Assembly (NCBI GenBank): GCA_002633005.1
Contig: NMRA01000061.1
Coordinates: 1 to 64,000, forward strand
Direction of reading: 5' to 3'
Source of the DNA: Phoronis australis
Lineage: Eukaryota; Animalia; Phoronida
Length of the DNA stretch: 64,000 nucleotides
Shown one piece after another: positions 47,093-61,119 of the stretch. Under the pieces are notes generated by a model. It saw only the letters and a program-made list of their open reading frames with translations. It had not been told where the DNA came from and ran no database searches. Both the position numbers and the translations under genes were made by a program. The number at the start of each line of letters is the position of its first letter. The stretch's first letter is position 1.

Positions 47093-50000
47093 AGAGACAA
47101 AAGAACGATGCAGTTTGCAAAGACTGTCGCAGACGTGTTTTTCGCATTTGCAGTATTCGAGAAATGAAACAAAAATCCGTTCCTATATTTAATTTTGTAT
47201 TCGCTTTTAGGTAGGCCATTCTCTGTTTTCAGTTCTGCAGCAAGACTGTCTGTTTTTTTCTTAAAGGCTCATATATCCTTTATTTACTACTAGGCCCGGC
47301 GTTCTTATTAGATCATAGTTTCTTTGCCCTCACTCCTCTGAGATGGGTATGTCTGTCGGTAAAGTAACATATTTTCATACTTGTCAACAATTTTGGTCAC
47401 AAGCGTTTTTGCTTTTCTAAAGCAATATCATCGCGCTCTTATCCTTGTTTGACTTGAAAGTCTATGTGTGCGTGTGTGTGTGTGTGTTTGTGAGATGTAT
47501 GGTTGGTGCGATAGTTAACCTACATGTATGTTACATAAACGAGTTTTGTAATTTTGTGTTATTAGAATGAATAGAATAAAATAAAATGTCAAAAAACATT
47601 AGTTTCTTTTATAAAAAAGGTTAAATAGCCGTCACTGTCACAACGGCACACTGGGTATTCAAGGGGGCACCCCTGAAAATTTTACTTTAAGGGATCTACG
47701 TTTAATTTAAGTTAAAACACACATTTAGCTGCACACTCTTAGGTTGTTGTCCGGCATGGATCTGTGTTCAAATGCCACAACATGTAATCCGTGCAAAGCA
47801 CGGTACTGACTTTCGTTTTTGCCTGACAAGGAAAAGGATTCAACGGAATAACTGAACATCAGCGCGGGGGAGAGGGGGAGGAACGCTCCTCCTTTCATCT
47901 TAGGAAAATTTTTCACCAAATGACAATCTACTGCAAATTTCATCTCTCAACACCTCATTTCCTTTGGTTGCTGTCTGAGTGTGTTTTTGTGAAATAGAAG
48001 ATATATTAATTCAGGATATAAACCTACTCAGCATAGCAATACTGTTCTCCCATAGGGTCCTGATATTGGAAATATAACTGAATAAATGGTATTAGAAAGG
48101 TACAACATAAATGTCAAAAATAAAACTGGATCAGCAGAGTAGGAGATTATAAAATTAAACATTACACTGAACGGTACCTAGAATTAAATATCTCTAAAGA
48201 TTCACTCTGCCGGACACCAGAATCGAGGTTCCATAGCATGGTGCCAGCGTAGATTGTTTGCCAAAATCAGTCCTGTTTTTGTGGAAATAGAGATTGCCAC
48301 TGGCAAAAGACCTACTGAGGTGTCATACCATGGAGACATTTATGGATAGCTGAACACCAACGGTAGTCTCTACTCGAGAGTTTGTTAAAGGGATACCAAA
48401 CCTGACTTTGACCTATTAACAACATACATTAAAAACAAAACGCTTTTCCCCATCAAAGTCTCTAAAACAAAATAATGCCCTGTAACTCTCGACAACCCTC
48501 AAAAGTTTGGAGCAAAGTTTGAAAACTCCTTTCAAAGTGTGCTAAACGGACAAGCGACGCTTAGGCGAGTTACACGACAACTATTAAGGAAATCCCACCC
48601 GCCAAGATCCGGAAATTCGAATCTTTGAGAGACAGTATTTGTTTTTAGTTTATCCTGCCTTTATCACTCGAGTGAGATGACAATGTTACATTAGCGGGTG
48701 ACAGAACGATGGTTGGTTAAAATCACCAGAACAGGGTTTAGTATAATTTTAAACCTGAATAACGACAACAATTTTAACACCTAGTCTTACAAGACGAGAG
48801 AAAACGATTTCCCGTTGTTGATTACATGTAGGTTTTCGACAAACCATCAAAATAAACATTTTCCAATTTAATAACGCACAGCAAAAAGAATCTATTTTGA
48901 AGTCCTAAATGCTGAAGAGGAATGTAAACAAAAATGAAAAAGACTAGAAATTTATTTTTTAAAAAACAACAAAGGTAAAAGCGAAAAGTCGGGGAAACAG
49001 CGGCACCGGAAACATAAAAAAGTCCCGGTTGTAGGGACTTTTAGAGAAATGTTTTTCGGAGTAGTGTTTTTTTCCGGAGTAGTGGATCTTCGGAGGTAGT
49101 GTTTTTCGGAGTAGTAGGCATTCTGAGTAATGGTTTGTTACCGTTACGCGGTGGTATTGCCCTACAAATGTTGTACGTATGGTAACGCCTGGTAAAAAAT
49201 CCAAACCAAAGGGTAAAGATTCATAACGTGATATTAACTTTAAAATGCCGGATTGAGAGGTTTGCTGTGCATTTTAAAAATAGGTGAACAGAAGTCATCA
49301 TGGTAATCTTCACCACTCGTGTTACCGATAAGTTGCTAATTACAAGGTTGTTCCAATAACAACACATGAATCGATTCGAAGCAATTTATTTCAGATGCTA
49401 CATGTTACTTAATAGTTAGTGAAAGCTTATCAAAAGGTGCACTTACTATTTCAAAATAAAAACGGTTCGCTTGAATAACAAAATACTGTAAACCAGTTCC
49501 AGGGATCATTATTCGTTGATAAGGCGTTCTAAGCACAGAAGCGGTTGACAGCGGCATTCAATCGCCCCATAATAGAATATTATTTGTTCAGCATGACCTA
49601 CCTGATCGGACTCAACCAGGTAAATCACATACTTTGTCGAAAGGGCGGGTTTACAAGAGGTCACTGGGTAGTCGGGAGTTGACACTTTACGAGGTTAGAG
49701 ACAACATGGCGGAGCGAATTAGACCTGAGCTGCGGTGATTTACATTCCAAGCCTTCGGTACATTCAGGGGGAAAATAAACAAGTGCTGTAAGAACAACGC
49801 AGCAATAGAAGTAAAGCGTCAGCGCGAATCGACGCCATTTTTAAACGTCGTTGTTGTTTGTGAGTGTAGCGATCGCGCAGCTTTGCTACGGCCGACCGTG
49901 CCTTACGCCGCGATGAACTATGAACCGTCACCATGAACTCTGTCCACAGTCGGCAATGATTTCTATCTATTAATACGTAATAATGTCGAACATAACTTGC

Positions 50001-50147
50001 CATCTCGGGAAACTGAGGTGAAGACTTGAGGACCGCGAGACAGACTCGGAGGTTTTGTGTCACCTCACGTTTGATGGTAAGTTTACGTTGCGTATTTTAT
50101 AAGTATAAATTAACTCTGCTGCAGCTAGAATTGTTGTACCTTTTTGA

Positions 50148-52069
50148 CTTAATATATGATGCAGTGTTACAGTGGTGATGTCACAAAACATGAAGAAGGA
50201 CCAGATTGATTTATGTATTTGGGTTTAGCCTTGATAAAACCTTATCATTTAGTACTGGACTTTTGATGATAAAACTAAGGTTACGATCAAGTTATGTGTG
50301 GTTTGAGGTTTCACCCTGGGGTTCTCTTTATTCCAACATACAGTGGGTATAAAGAGACGTCCGCTGCACACACAAAATCCAGAACGACGCAGCTAGGCCA
50401 CCTGGTATACCCGACTGACACAATATCAATAACAAAATTAAGAACACTACCCGCGACTACCAACGCAGACACACTCTCTGGACCCACTTTTTTCGTTGGT
50501 GAATCAGACGATATCACCGGGCACCCGAGATGATGACAACAGGAAAATAGCCACCCGAGCTCAGTACCCGAGTGGGCAAAACATAACCAACGACTCGCTC
50601 CTTCAACTCACTCCCCCGATCGCTCCCTCAAACCCGCCCTTACTCAGGGCCTAGCCTCCTCCAGTCCCTTCCCCCAATCTCTCTCTCCCGCTCCTCCTGT
50701 CCTTCCCTAGTGAGAAGTTCCCACTCCTCGATCTGCTCTCTCTCTTTCTCTTGCTGTCTCTCATTCACGTTCTACCCGATATCTTCAGTACGGCAACAGA
50801 ATATCTCTTCATAAGAGGTTTTCTTAGCAATAAAAATCTATATTATGTAGTTTTAAATGTAGTTAAAATTGTTGTTATGTGATTGATAACGACCTCTATA
50901 GTATTTTCGTTTAACCTCATCAGTTAGTAGAGCTGAATTTTTCATTGGTATGCTATCAGTGCACATTTATTGTTTTCAGGTGATATGACGTCAGTTGTTC
51001 GCAAACCTGCACGACCACGTGGACAATGTTAAAACAGCTATCCCACCGAAAAAAGACTAAGTTTCTCAGCAATATTTTAAAGAGCCGTAAGTACAAAAAA
51101 CTGCANCTTAATATATGATGCAGTGTTACAGTGGTGATGTCACAAAACACGAAGAAGGACCAGATTGATTTATGCATTTGGGTTTAGCCTTGATAAAACC
51201 TTATCATTTAGTACTGGACTTTTGATGATAAAACTAAGGTCACGATCAAGTTATGTGTGGTTTGAGGTTTCACCCTGGGGTTCTCTTTATTCCAACATAC
51301 AGTGGGTATAAAGAGACGTCCGCTGCACACACAAAATCCAGAACGACGCAGCTGGGCCACCTGGTATACCCGACTGACACAATATCAACAACAAAATTAA
51401 GAACACTACCCGCGACTACCAACACAGACACCCTCTCTGGACCCACTTTTTTCGTTGGTGAATCAGACGATATCACCGATGCACCCGAGATGATGATAAC
51501 AGGAAAATAGCCACCCGAGCTCAATACCCGAGTGGGCAAAATATTACCAACGACTCGCTCCTTCAACTCACTCCCCCAATCCCTCCCTGAAACCCGCCCT
51601 TACTCCCTGGCCTCCTCCAGCCAGTCCCTTCTCCCCATCTTTCTCTCCCGCTCCTTCCTGTCCTTCCCTAGTGAGAAGTTCCCACTCCTCCATTTGTCCT
51701 CTCTGTTTCTCTTTCTGTCTCTCATTCACGTTCTACCTGATATCTTCAGTGTACGGCAACAGACGATCTATTCATGAGAGGTTTTCTTAGCAATAAGAAA
51801 CTATATTATGTAGTTTTAAATGTAGTTAAAATTGTTGTTATGTGCATTGATAACGGCCACTATAGTATTTTCGTTTAATCCCATCAGTTAGTAGAGCTGA
51901 ATTTTTCATTGGTATGCTATCAGTGCACATTTATTGTTTTCAGGTGATATGACGTCAGTTGTTCGCAAACCTGCACGACCACGTGGACAATGTTAAAACA
52001 GCTATCCCACCGAAAGAAGACTAAGTTTCTCAGCAATATTTTAAAGAGCCGTAAGTACAAAAAACTGCA
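50148..52069. repeat. ~960-bp direct duplication across an N (probably two haplotypes)
   Basis: 50148-51105 versus 51107-52069, N at 51106. Confidence 0.8.
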
Positions 52070-52823
52070 GACGAGTTTGGCAGATAACGATGTTTTGCTG
52101 AAAGCTGACGTGGTAGGTCAGTCTCCCCCGGGGCGAAGTATCGACGTGCTAAGCTGTGAACCCGACTACGAAGCTCAGTTTGTTTTTCAGCGTTACAACA
52201 GGTCTACCAACAATGATGATCCTCCAGAATTAACATATGTTAAAAATGGTGACATTACAGACGGCACCAACAATAATGATAAAGACTTCATTAAAGGCGG
52301 ACAGCTACCTCGACGAAAAAAGATGAAGTTACTTAGCAATATTTTAAAGAGTCGCAAAAAATACACAAAACTGCGAACAAGTTTAGCAGACAAGGACATC
52401 TTACTGAAAACAGACGTGATAGGCCAACCACCCCCAGGTCGAAGTATCGAGGTGCTGAGCTGTGACCCCGACTACGAAGCTCAATTTGTCTTCCAGCGTT
52501 ACAATAGGCGTACCAACAGAGAGGAACCCCCGGATGCAACGAACTTTCAATGTGATGACATTACAGACGGCGTCAATAGTAATGACACAGACTTTGTTGA
52601 AGGTGGAAAAAATGTTAAATTTGCCAGCACTAAAGAAGTTGGCGAGTTTGGTTCCGAGGGAATCGATATCACCGTGATCGATGAAGATGTTCGAGTGGCT
52701 AAAAAGAGGAAAAGTGTTAAAAAACGGGTAAGTGCTGTTCAGGAACACATAGGAAATAGAGCATATTTTCAGAGTACATTCACAAAATTTAACAAAAAGT
52801 TGAGTGGGTCGAAAAAAATTTAA
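51990..52823 (+). CDS. Unidentified protein-coding exon with two ~100-aa tandem repeats
   Basis: 277-aa ORF after a TTTTCAG acceptor (ends 51943). Repeats QLSHRKKTKFLSNILKSRK...PDYEAQFVFQRYNR...DFIKGG and QLPRRKKMKLLSNILKSRK...PDYEAQFVFQRYNR...DFVEGG. Likely donor CGG/GTAAGT after 52727; candidate upstream donor GTAAGT near 50077. Confidence 0.55.
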   Translation: MLKQLSHRKKTKFLSNILKSRKYKKLQTSLADNDVLLKADVVGQSPPGRSIDVLSCEPDYEAQFVFQRYNRSTNNDDPPELTYVKNGDITDGTNNNDKDFIKGGQLPRRKKMKLLSNILKSRKKYTKLRTSLADKDILLKTDVIGQPPPGRSIEVLSCDPDYEAQFVFQRYNRRTNREEPPDATNFQCDDITDGVNSNDTDFVEGGKNVKFASTKEVGEFGSEGIDITVIDEDVRVAKKRKSVKKRVSAVQEHIGNRAYFQSTFTKFNKKLSGSKKI

Positions 52824-55800
52824 TCAGACATTTCGACTCATTTTCTCAGTCAGAATTTATCATGAAAAGTTAAATCAAAATCAAAAATACTGTCACTTCT
52901 TTTGTAGGTAATGAATAGGAAAAGCACATGTTCGTTGAAAATTCACCCAGAAAATGCACCTTTAATTTTATGTAGTCTCCGGTCGTCTAAACGGCACGTC
53001 CATTATACACTTTTAATAGAAGAACCCCCCAAATTATGATCCGGGAACTGCGACTTATCTCTAAGTCTTTGATTAAAATTCCAATGAAGTTTATGTATTC
53101 AGTCGAGATAAACTTTCAGGGCATGACTTCCTGTCGCCTCAGAAGTTTGTTTCGCGTGGAATTGTTAAGACCCTTCTCCATAGCACATGTTATAATACAA
53201 ACCGGTTTAAACAAACTTTAGTCCAAACAGTGCTCATATTTAACATAATTTAATAAAGAAGTTGGAGGTTCAGCAACAAAATGCCCGCAGCAGTTGGAGA
53301 ACACTGAGGTTCCGTTATTCTGAAAGCTGGACCACGCTCATTCGTCATTACGATGTTGGCCAGCTTCCGTTCGTTATAATCAATCGCATACGATTTGGTG
53401 GGCAATTTACGGCAAAAACTGGTCTTTTTGTATGTAGTAATGTACACGAAAACTTCGAACGGAAATCGGCGAATATTGTTCTTAATGAGTTTGCAATGGG
53501 CAGTGCCACCACTTAACTTATATCTTTCAATTAGCGGACATCTAAACTGCAGAAAAATGGGAAGAATTTCCTTTATGCTCACCAAAACACTACTATGACT
53601 GTATTGCGATCGGATAACAAATTGCAGGAAGGCATTCAGCACGTCTGATCAGCAGGCGGACAGTCGCGTTCACAAAGGGGTCCCACGCGCGCATCCAGTC
53701 TGTCATCAAGATTCACGGGATACTTTCAGAGAAATAGTAGTTCCTGCCTCATAGTGGACTTTTGTTTCGTTTTGTACAACCTTTTTTCGGAGTTTTCGTT
53801 TATGTGAGGCGGACCTTTTTGCCCACTTTTCCACTTGATCGATCGCGTGCGATCGCCATAGGTGAACAGAGACTATAGGAGGCGCACCTAATGGAGTCGC
53901 TCTATAAGGAATCTTATTAGACGTTTGACGAGCGTTCACATTTTATTTTATTCAGACGGACGTATCAAATGTCCGACCGGCCTTCTAATCGGACGGCATG
54001 TGAACACCGTAATAGTTCTTGTTTGATTCCATTTCAGGCCAAGCGCGGGCTCCACCGAGTAGCCTCCTACACTTGGACTGGATTGAAGGCAGTTTTTACG
54101 GGTATGTCCTTGGTGGCGAGCAACGGGACGCTGTCCTTCAATCTTCCTAAAGCATTCCAAAACTAACAACAGCACCGCATGTGGTTTAGTAGGAATGGCC
54201 TCGTATAAACTATGCCGAAAGTCCCTACTTTGTTCCTTTGAGTAATTTGTCGAAACAATGCTCCATACACTATTTCACAGTGCTGTGAAAGGTTGCACTT
54301 TTCAGTATAGGTAACGCTGTGTCAGAGGGTAGGGCCTACAACGATAGAGTGCTTCTGTAACCGTCTTCATCGACCTTTCTGCAGCAAGCGACACGCATAT
54401 GATTAGGGGTCAACAGTCGTGTGGTAATGCTTCTCTTGCTGACCAATAACCGTGTTTCATAAGACGAGAGATTGAGCTGAAATAACGTGCTTAAAACTGA
54501 ACACCGTTACGCTAAAAGATCACCGTTTTAATCCCAGATTAACTATGCACTTTACACCCAACTCCCAATTTAAAGCGGATTTAAACTCGACTTCCGTCAC
54601 AGAAAACAGCTGTTCATTTAGAACATTTATCCTGTTCATGTACCTTTAACAAAAATGCAACGTGATCACAGGGATTTGAAGGAGCAGACTGAAATTGCCT
54701 GTCAGTGCTTGAAACCAATTTCTACAACAAGTTGACTTGTCACGACGTGTCATGTTATTTGCCGAGCATAGTCTCAAGGAATTACGAACTGTCAGGTCTT
54801 TGCAAACTCAGAAACTACTTTTTCTCTGAACTCAGCAACGAAAAGTTGAGAACAGCTTTAGAGCGGTAAATGGTTTAAATCAAAGCTTCTTGGACGAAAC
54901 GCGGGCTTAGGCCTGCCAATATCCGCTTTAAGTTTGGATAAGCTACTGAAATATAGTTGACTATTTAATGTGTTAAAGGGCAGTTTGAAAATTTCGACGG
55001 TTTTTACTGCATTTTTGAGAGCATGAGATCATAAAACGTAATTTGAAACGGCAACACGGATAACTGGCATTAAGCCAATTTTCATTGCTTTAAGCTAAAA
55101 AAACCATGTACTTTTTAAAAGTACGTTTTTGTTATGCCAGTTATTAAAATGATAAGATTGTTTGTAATTTTCTATATATTATACAGAACGCAACATATAT
55201 GCAAAGCATTGAACTTTCGATTTAAAGATTTTGTATTAATCAAGCGTTTGTTACTTTTTTGAAAGTCTATGTTTTGGAATCGCATGGACATGGAATTTAT
55301 TTTTTAATAAAATGTCTTCTAGTTAAAATTTGTAATTGATTACTTGCTTTGTTTGCTGACATTAGTGAACATCCCACAACAGAATATCAGGTAACGAAAC
55401 AAAAATTAGAGGTACAAAGGGCACAGTCGGCCCAACCTTCAACAACTGTCGTGCCTACTCGGAAATGTGAAGTGCGCATGTGCGGCCTGAAGATGTCTCA
55501 CTGCTCAACCAAACGCTACACGACAACTATGCAAAATTCAAGAAGTTGTAAAAGATGACGTTTTCAAAGAGGCATGCTTATACGTGGACTTCGGGAATGA
55601 AAGGGAGCTTAGATTGCGACTCAATACCTTTCGAACATGGCATCATTGCAGACAAAAACCATCGGCATTAGCACAGTCCTGTAACTTCATACCTGGTAGT
55701 TACAGTTACTATACAGTTTTTACGATTGGTTATGAAAGTTGGAACAATTTTGACTATTACGGAACAGAGACAACATTACAATTTTGACTACTATGGAAGG

Positions 55801-57506
55801 CACAATTACAATTTTGACGTGTAAAGGTCACTGAAATTTTGACCATGGAAATCCCTATTACAACAATGACTGATGTGGTCAATTATGGGTCGATAAATTT
55901 GTTCAGTGTTGCATTTCTTGTATTTTTCAGTTGGGTGGAAATTACTTCCATATCGCGGAGTACCCTACAGTCGTCTTCATGAAGAATATTAAACGGTTAC
56001 CAACATATGGTCGATAGCAGCAAGAAACAGATAATTAATGCTCACATTGAATAGCACGTCGGAAATTTGAAGAATACATGTCATTCTTCGCAAAGCTAAC
56101 AAAGTATTCGCATGCGTACTTTGTTTTTTTGAGTCAAATGCCAAAGTCGGCCAAGTAAACCGTTACAATGCATTTCTGACTTTTATCGTATAATGTGTGT
56201 ATTTAGCCCCATTCTCCTTTCTGAAATAATGCATTTTTTAATACTGTTCAAGAGTTTCGCACAAGTTTTACGTAACCTTTCTGCTACGACAGTGAATAGA
56301 CCTTTGCGAGATAAGCAGCAAGGTGAATTTTTGTCCCACAGCCATTAGCGTCATATTGTTAACCTGCTACTGAACAGCGGGAATTCGCCGCGGTTTAAAA
56401 GGCCTCATGCTGGTTTTGCACATGGAGTGCTAAAGAACTAGTGCGAGGTTATGTAACAAGACGGTAATTTTGTCCAACTGTTTCTGCTGAGTTTGGTGCC
56501 CTGGAAATTTGTGCATTGACTGATTGGCGATAGTTGTTCTTTTTAGTTCCATGCTGCGCTGAATTGCCCTAAGTCGCAAAAGTAGAAATGGCATTCGAAT
56601 CTCCCTCTTGAAGCAATCAATGAACTCCACTTTGTCTGTGGTGCTATTGTGTGCAACTAGAAATGTTAACCAAAACATGAATAAAAAGTGGTTTTCAAAT
56701 ATGGCGCTAGTGCGAGGGACTTCAACGATGTGCAGCTCAGAGGCGATTACCGATCAAACCCCAAACCAGGGATGCGTTCTGTAGATAGAAGGATTTTACA
56801 AGTAAGATTAGTGTGGCCACGCGCGTTTGCTTGCAGCGCATGTCAATAACTAGCGAAATCTTGAACGAATCACTTGTAATTCACGCCGACATCGGCGCAA
56901 AATCCTATGTGTATTATGTTGTGTTTTAGCGACAGATTCTCGCGGAACGAAGCCCAGACCAAGCGAGAGAGACTTGAATTCGATACGCAACTGTAACTGT
57001 GCCAAAAATAAATCAAGAGAGCGAGATATGAACTGAGGTGCAGTTCAAGAGCTTAAGAAACCAAAGCATCAAAACAGTACGTTCTTGTGTATACCAGCAG
57101 AAGACCACAAGAATTTTTTCAAGTATCCACACTTGACCGGAAACTGGAGCGGTCTTACATATTTCTAATTTCAGTTCAGCCAACATTCTAGTCTTTCAAA
57201 CGCTCTCTGATCAGACATGTCGCTTTATAAGAACGTTTAATGAGAAAAGCAAATTAAGTTGCAAAATAGCTTAAGCCACGAAATCTACCTCCAGTTTCAG
57301 TGTGTCCTTTTTATAACCTGTACACACCATTGACCCTATTGTGGAAATGCAACCGACATCTACGAATAACGAAAGGCAGCGAGTTAGTTTATTTATAGAC
57401 AGACAGAGTCAGTTTTGGTTAGTTTTGAGTATAAACCTGTAACTATATGAGTAGTAAACTATAGAAACGATGAAAACTAGCGGAATTTCAAACCAGTCAA
57501 ACTTGT

Positions 57507-58555
57507 TAGAGTTTAGGTTTACAAATTACTATCATTTTTATGTCATAGTTTGAGTTTATATATTACACAGGTGAAAGTGGTAGGCTTATTCTAGTCACTC
57601 GTCAGATGTTCGCAATTTTTGATCCACAAAACTTTAAAGAAAGATGAATCGTGTCACCAGCCAAACAACTCGAAGATCGAGCATCCTTGAAAGCACTACC
57701 TCGCTGGTCCTGGTCTCCATTTTTATGCTTGGCGTACGGAAAAATGCCTTTTTAATACTGAGTTGGAACCTCACCTACATAGATATGTGCAAGAATGTCA
57801 GTATTTTTTGTAGTAAAAGAGAACTGCCTCGTCATCGTTACAGGAGATAACTCTGTGAGATGATAGTAATGACTACAGGGTCAATATGAAGAGTGTACAT
57901 GTATTTATTTATTTGTTGTGGCATAATAAGTCTTGATCATGAAACATGAAATACGGACCTTGGACAGAAAATGCTCACTTGCACAACACAATTGCTTTTA
58001 TCCTGCAAACACTACACTTCCTTTTCTAGGCCTGNTAGAGTTTAGGTTTACAAATTACTATCATTTTTATGTCATAGTTTGAGTTTATATATTACACAGG
58101 TGAAAGTGGTACGCTTATTCTAGTCACTCGTCAGATGTTCGCAATTTTCGATCCACAAAACTTTAAAGAAAGATGAATCGTAACACCAGCCAAACAACGC
58201 GAAGATCGAGCATCCTTGAAAGCACTACCTCGCTGGTCCTGGTCTCCATTTTTATGCTTGGCGTACGGGAAAATGCCTTTTTAATACTGAGTTGGAACCT
58301 CACCTACATAGATATGTGCAAGAATGTCAGTATTTTTTGTAGTAAAAGATAACTGCCTCGTCATCGTTACAGGAGATAACTCTGTGAGATGATACGTAAT
58401 GACTACAGGGTCAATATGAAGAGTTTATTTATTTGTTGTGGCATAATAAGTCTTGATCATGAAACATGAAATACGGACCTTGGACAGAAAGTACTCACTT
58501 GCACAACACAATTGCTTTTATCCTGCAAACACCACAATTCCCACTTCTAGGCCTG
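57507..58555. repeat. ~525-bp direct duplication across an N (probably two haplotypes)
   Basis: 57507-58034 versus 58036-58555, N at 58035. Confidence 0.8.
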
Positions 58556-61119
58556 TGCTTCCCTTTTTTAGTCTGAATTTTACTTGAAGGTGAAATGCAC
58601 CCTTATATCGGAGGCCTGAACTTCCTAGTTCATGATCAAGTCCATAAATAAGATGTAACAGTTTCTGTCCAGTATTGACAAAATATCAACTGTAAATTAT
58701 TTTGTACGTTACTGTGTTATTGTAATATAAAACAAAAAATCTACAGGAGCAGGTTGCTTGTAATATTTGCCAGCAGTAACCAATATCCGACTAATGATAT
58801 GGTTGACGTTAAAATAGTTACACAGAATGCATAAATGTTGCAAACCAGCAGCACGAGTATCTACCCAAGTCAATAAAGTCAATATGCACACATCTTAAAA
58901 AGCAAATTATCAAGCCTTTTAGGTTCTAGCTAAGATAAATATGAAAAGTAGTCCCACATTTTGAGAACCAGTTTTCTCCAGAGAATAACTGGCATCAAAC
59001 TGGTTCTCTAAATCCGGAACCCCTGTAAGTGACCGTTGCACAACAGTTTAGCAAAAATGTCATCAATTGAGAACTGTAATGTGCAAACCAGACTAAATGC
59101 AAAACAAAAGCTCATGAAAAGGATTGTTGAAAATCTTACAAAATCAAACTTCACTTATCTGCTCCGTTGAGTCCCAAACTGAAGAAATTTACCGTAATAT
59201 CATTTGAAGCGAACAATTGCCAATAGTTTTCTTCAACTAAAAGTAGACAGGTAATTTCAGCCAGACAGTATATCACAACAGAAACAGTTTATCCAGTAAA
59301 AATCACGCATACTCCCTTGTTCTGCAAGGTCTAATTTCCCAGCTAGTTTTATCCAGAGGGAACAAATAGGTAAAAATCAGGAAAAAAGAATTTTTGAAAG
59401 CATCAAAACATTCATTTTTAGTTACCATTGCTCTTCATTAACACAGTTTTGTTCAACTGGCATCACAACTGATTGCTAATAAGCACAATGGACTGTTAGA
59501 TTTGCACACTACAATAAAAAATGAGACTAAATTTGCCACATACAGTGTAACAACAGAACAACATTTAAAACAAAGAAAGTTACGACAAACCCATCAACTA
59601 CACATTTCTGAGAAATAAACCAACAGGTCTTTTTTGTAAATACTCAGGAATCTAAGGATGAAACACAAAATTTTAATAATTCAAATAAATACGACATTGT
59701 CAAATACATAACTGCAAAAAATTAATGAATTCAAACAACTCAAGGGGGATCGGCACATTGTATTTTAGCCTGTGTGGGGGTCACCATATCAGCCATATAA
59801 ACAGAAGCACTTCTAGCAAAATATGAAACTTGCATGGGGAGATGAAAAGCCCCTTCCAATTAAACGATTGAAATCCTTTTGAAAACGGAATACTTTTGTT
59901 GAACAATGACAGCTTCATGGTTTAACAGCTTTAACTGTATTTCTTGATTTACTGATTTTCTTAGGTGGGCATATTAAATAAGCAAATGTCTTGATTTTGA
60001 GTGCCTCAAATTTTAATATTTTAGCTCAAAAAGCATCACACAAGACATGAAACTTTTTGATAACATACCAGTTTCAAAATCACTATTGCTCGGCTGCACT
60101 TCACTAGATTGCACTAATGTTTTGTTGTTGGCATTATGAAATAAGTTTCATTGATGGGAATGATCTAAGACGCAAAGTTTTCTTTTTTAATTAATTCACA
60201 TTTACTGCTTTAACATGAGTGTCATACGAAATGTCTAGAGATGTGGTTATGCCTATTATCAAGTTCTGTAAGAAGTGAAATTTGATGTCACGCACCACTG
60301 TTTAACGCCAAAATAACAAAATCTTATAAATGCAAAATCAAAATTTTTTTTCGAACTTAATCTGTTATTTCAAATCAAACATGACATTCAAGTGTTTTTA
60401 GAAATTTGTCAATGTTGCAAAAAAGACTGCTTTGAGTTTTTTGGCAAACTATGCCAAACCCCCTTAAACAAATAGTCTCAGTTAAAAATAATCATATGTG
60501 AAATCATTCGTAGTTACAAATATTACATACAAACAAGATTTTAGTAACCAAAAATTTGAGGTCAGGTTGATTGCAAAACTGAGAATGAAATTCGGTTATG
60601 TAGAATTTAAAACTGCTTCACATTCTTGAATTTTTCAGTCTCATTCGCATAATTTACAGTTGGTTCTAATGACCTCCGAATACCGGATTACCCAAGGAAG
60701 TTTGTATGGTAAAATGTCCCCAATTTTGGACAAAAATACGTGACAAAAGAGCTTTTTTATTTTTAAAGAGCTTCTAAAATTGTTGTGAATGTTCACAATT
60801 TTTCAAAATATTGCTTATTGGTAGCTATGGCAGAGAGCATGAACACAGAAAAGAGTTAATTTGGCACTATACATCATTTGTGGAAAAAATGAGAAAATCA
60901 CATTTCCCTTGTCCGCCATTTTGTGTCCAGAATTAGTGAGATTTAGCCGTAAGCAAAGTTAACGTATACATTCATGGAGAAGTACACAGCATTAGACTAT
61001 ACAAACTGCAGTTAGAGTGATAACATTGCACAATGACGGCCAACCTGAATGTATTGACCACAGACAAATGAATAGATCAATCAGCAGCAAGATGATATTC
61101 TGAGTTAGTGAATGACACA

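Noticed and set aside
52970-54300. Cluster of short ORFs, possibly a very decayed retroelement
   Set aside because: No motif I can identify with confidence; needs a translated search.
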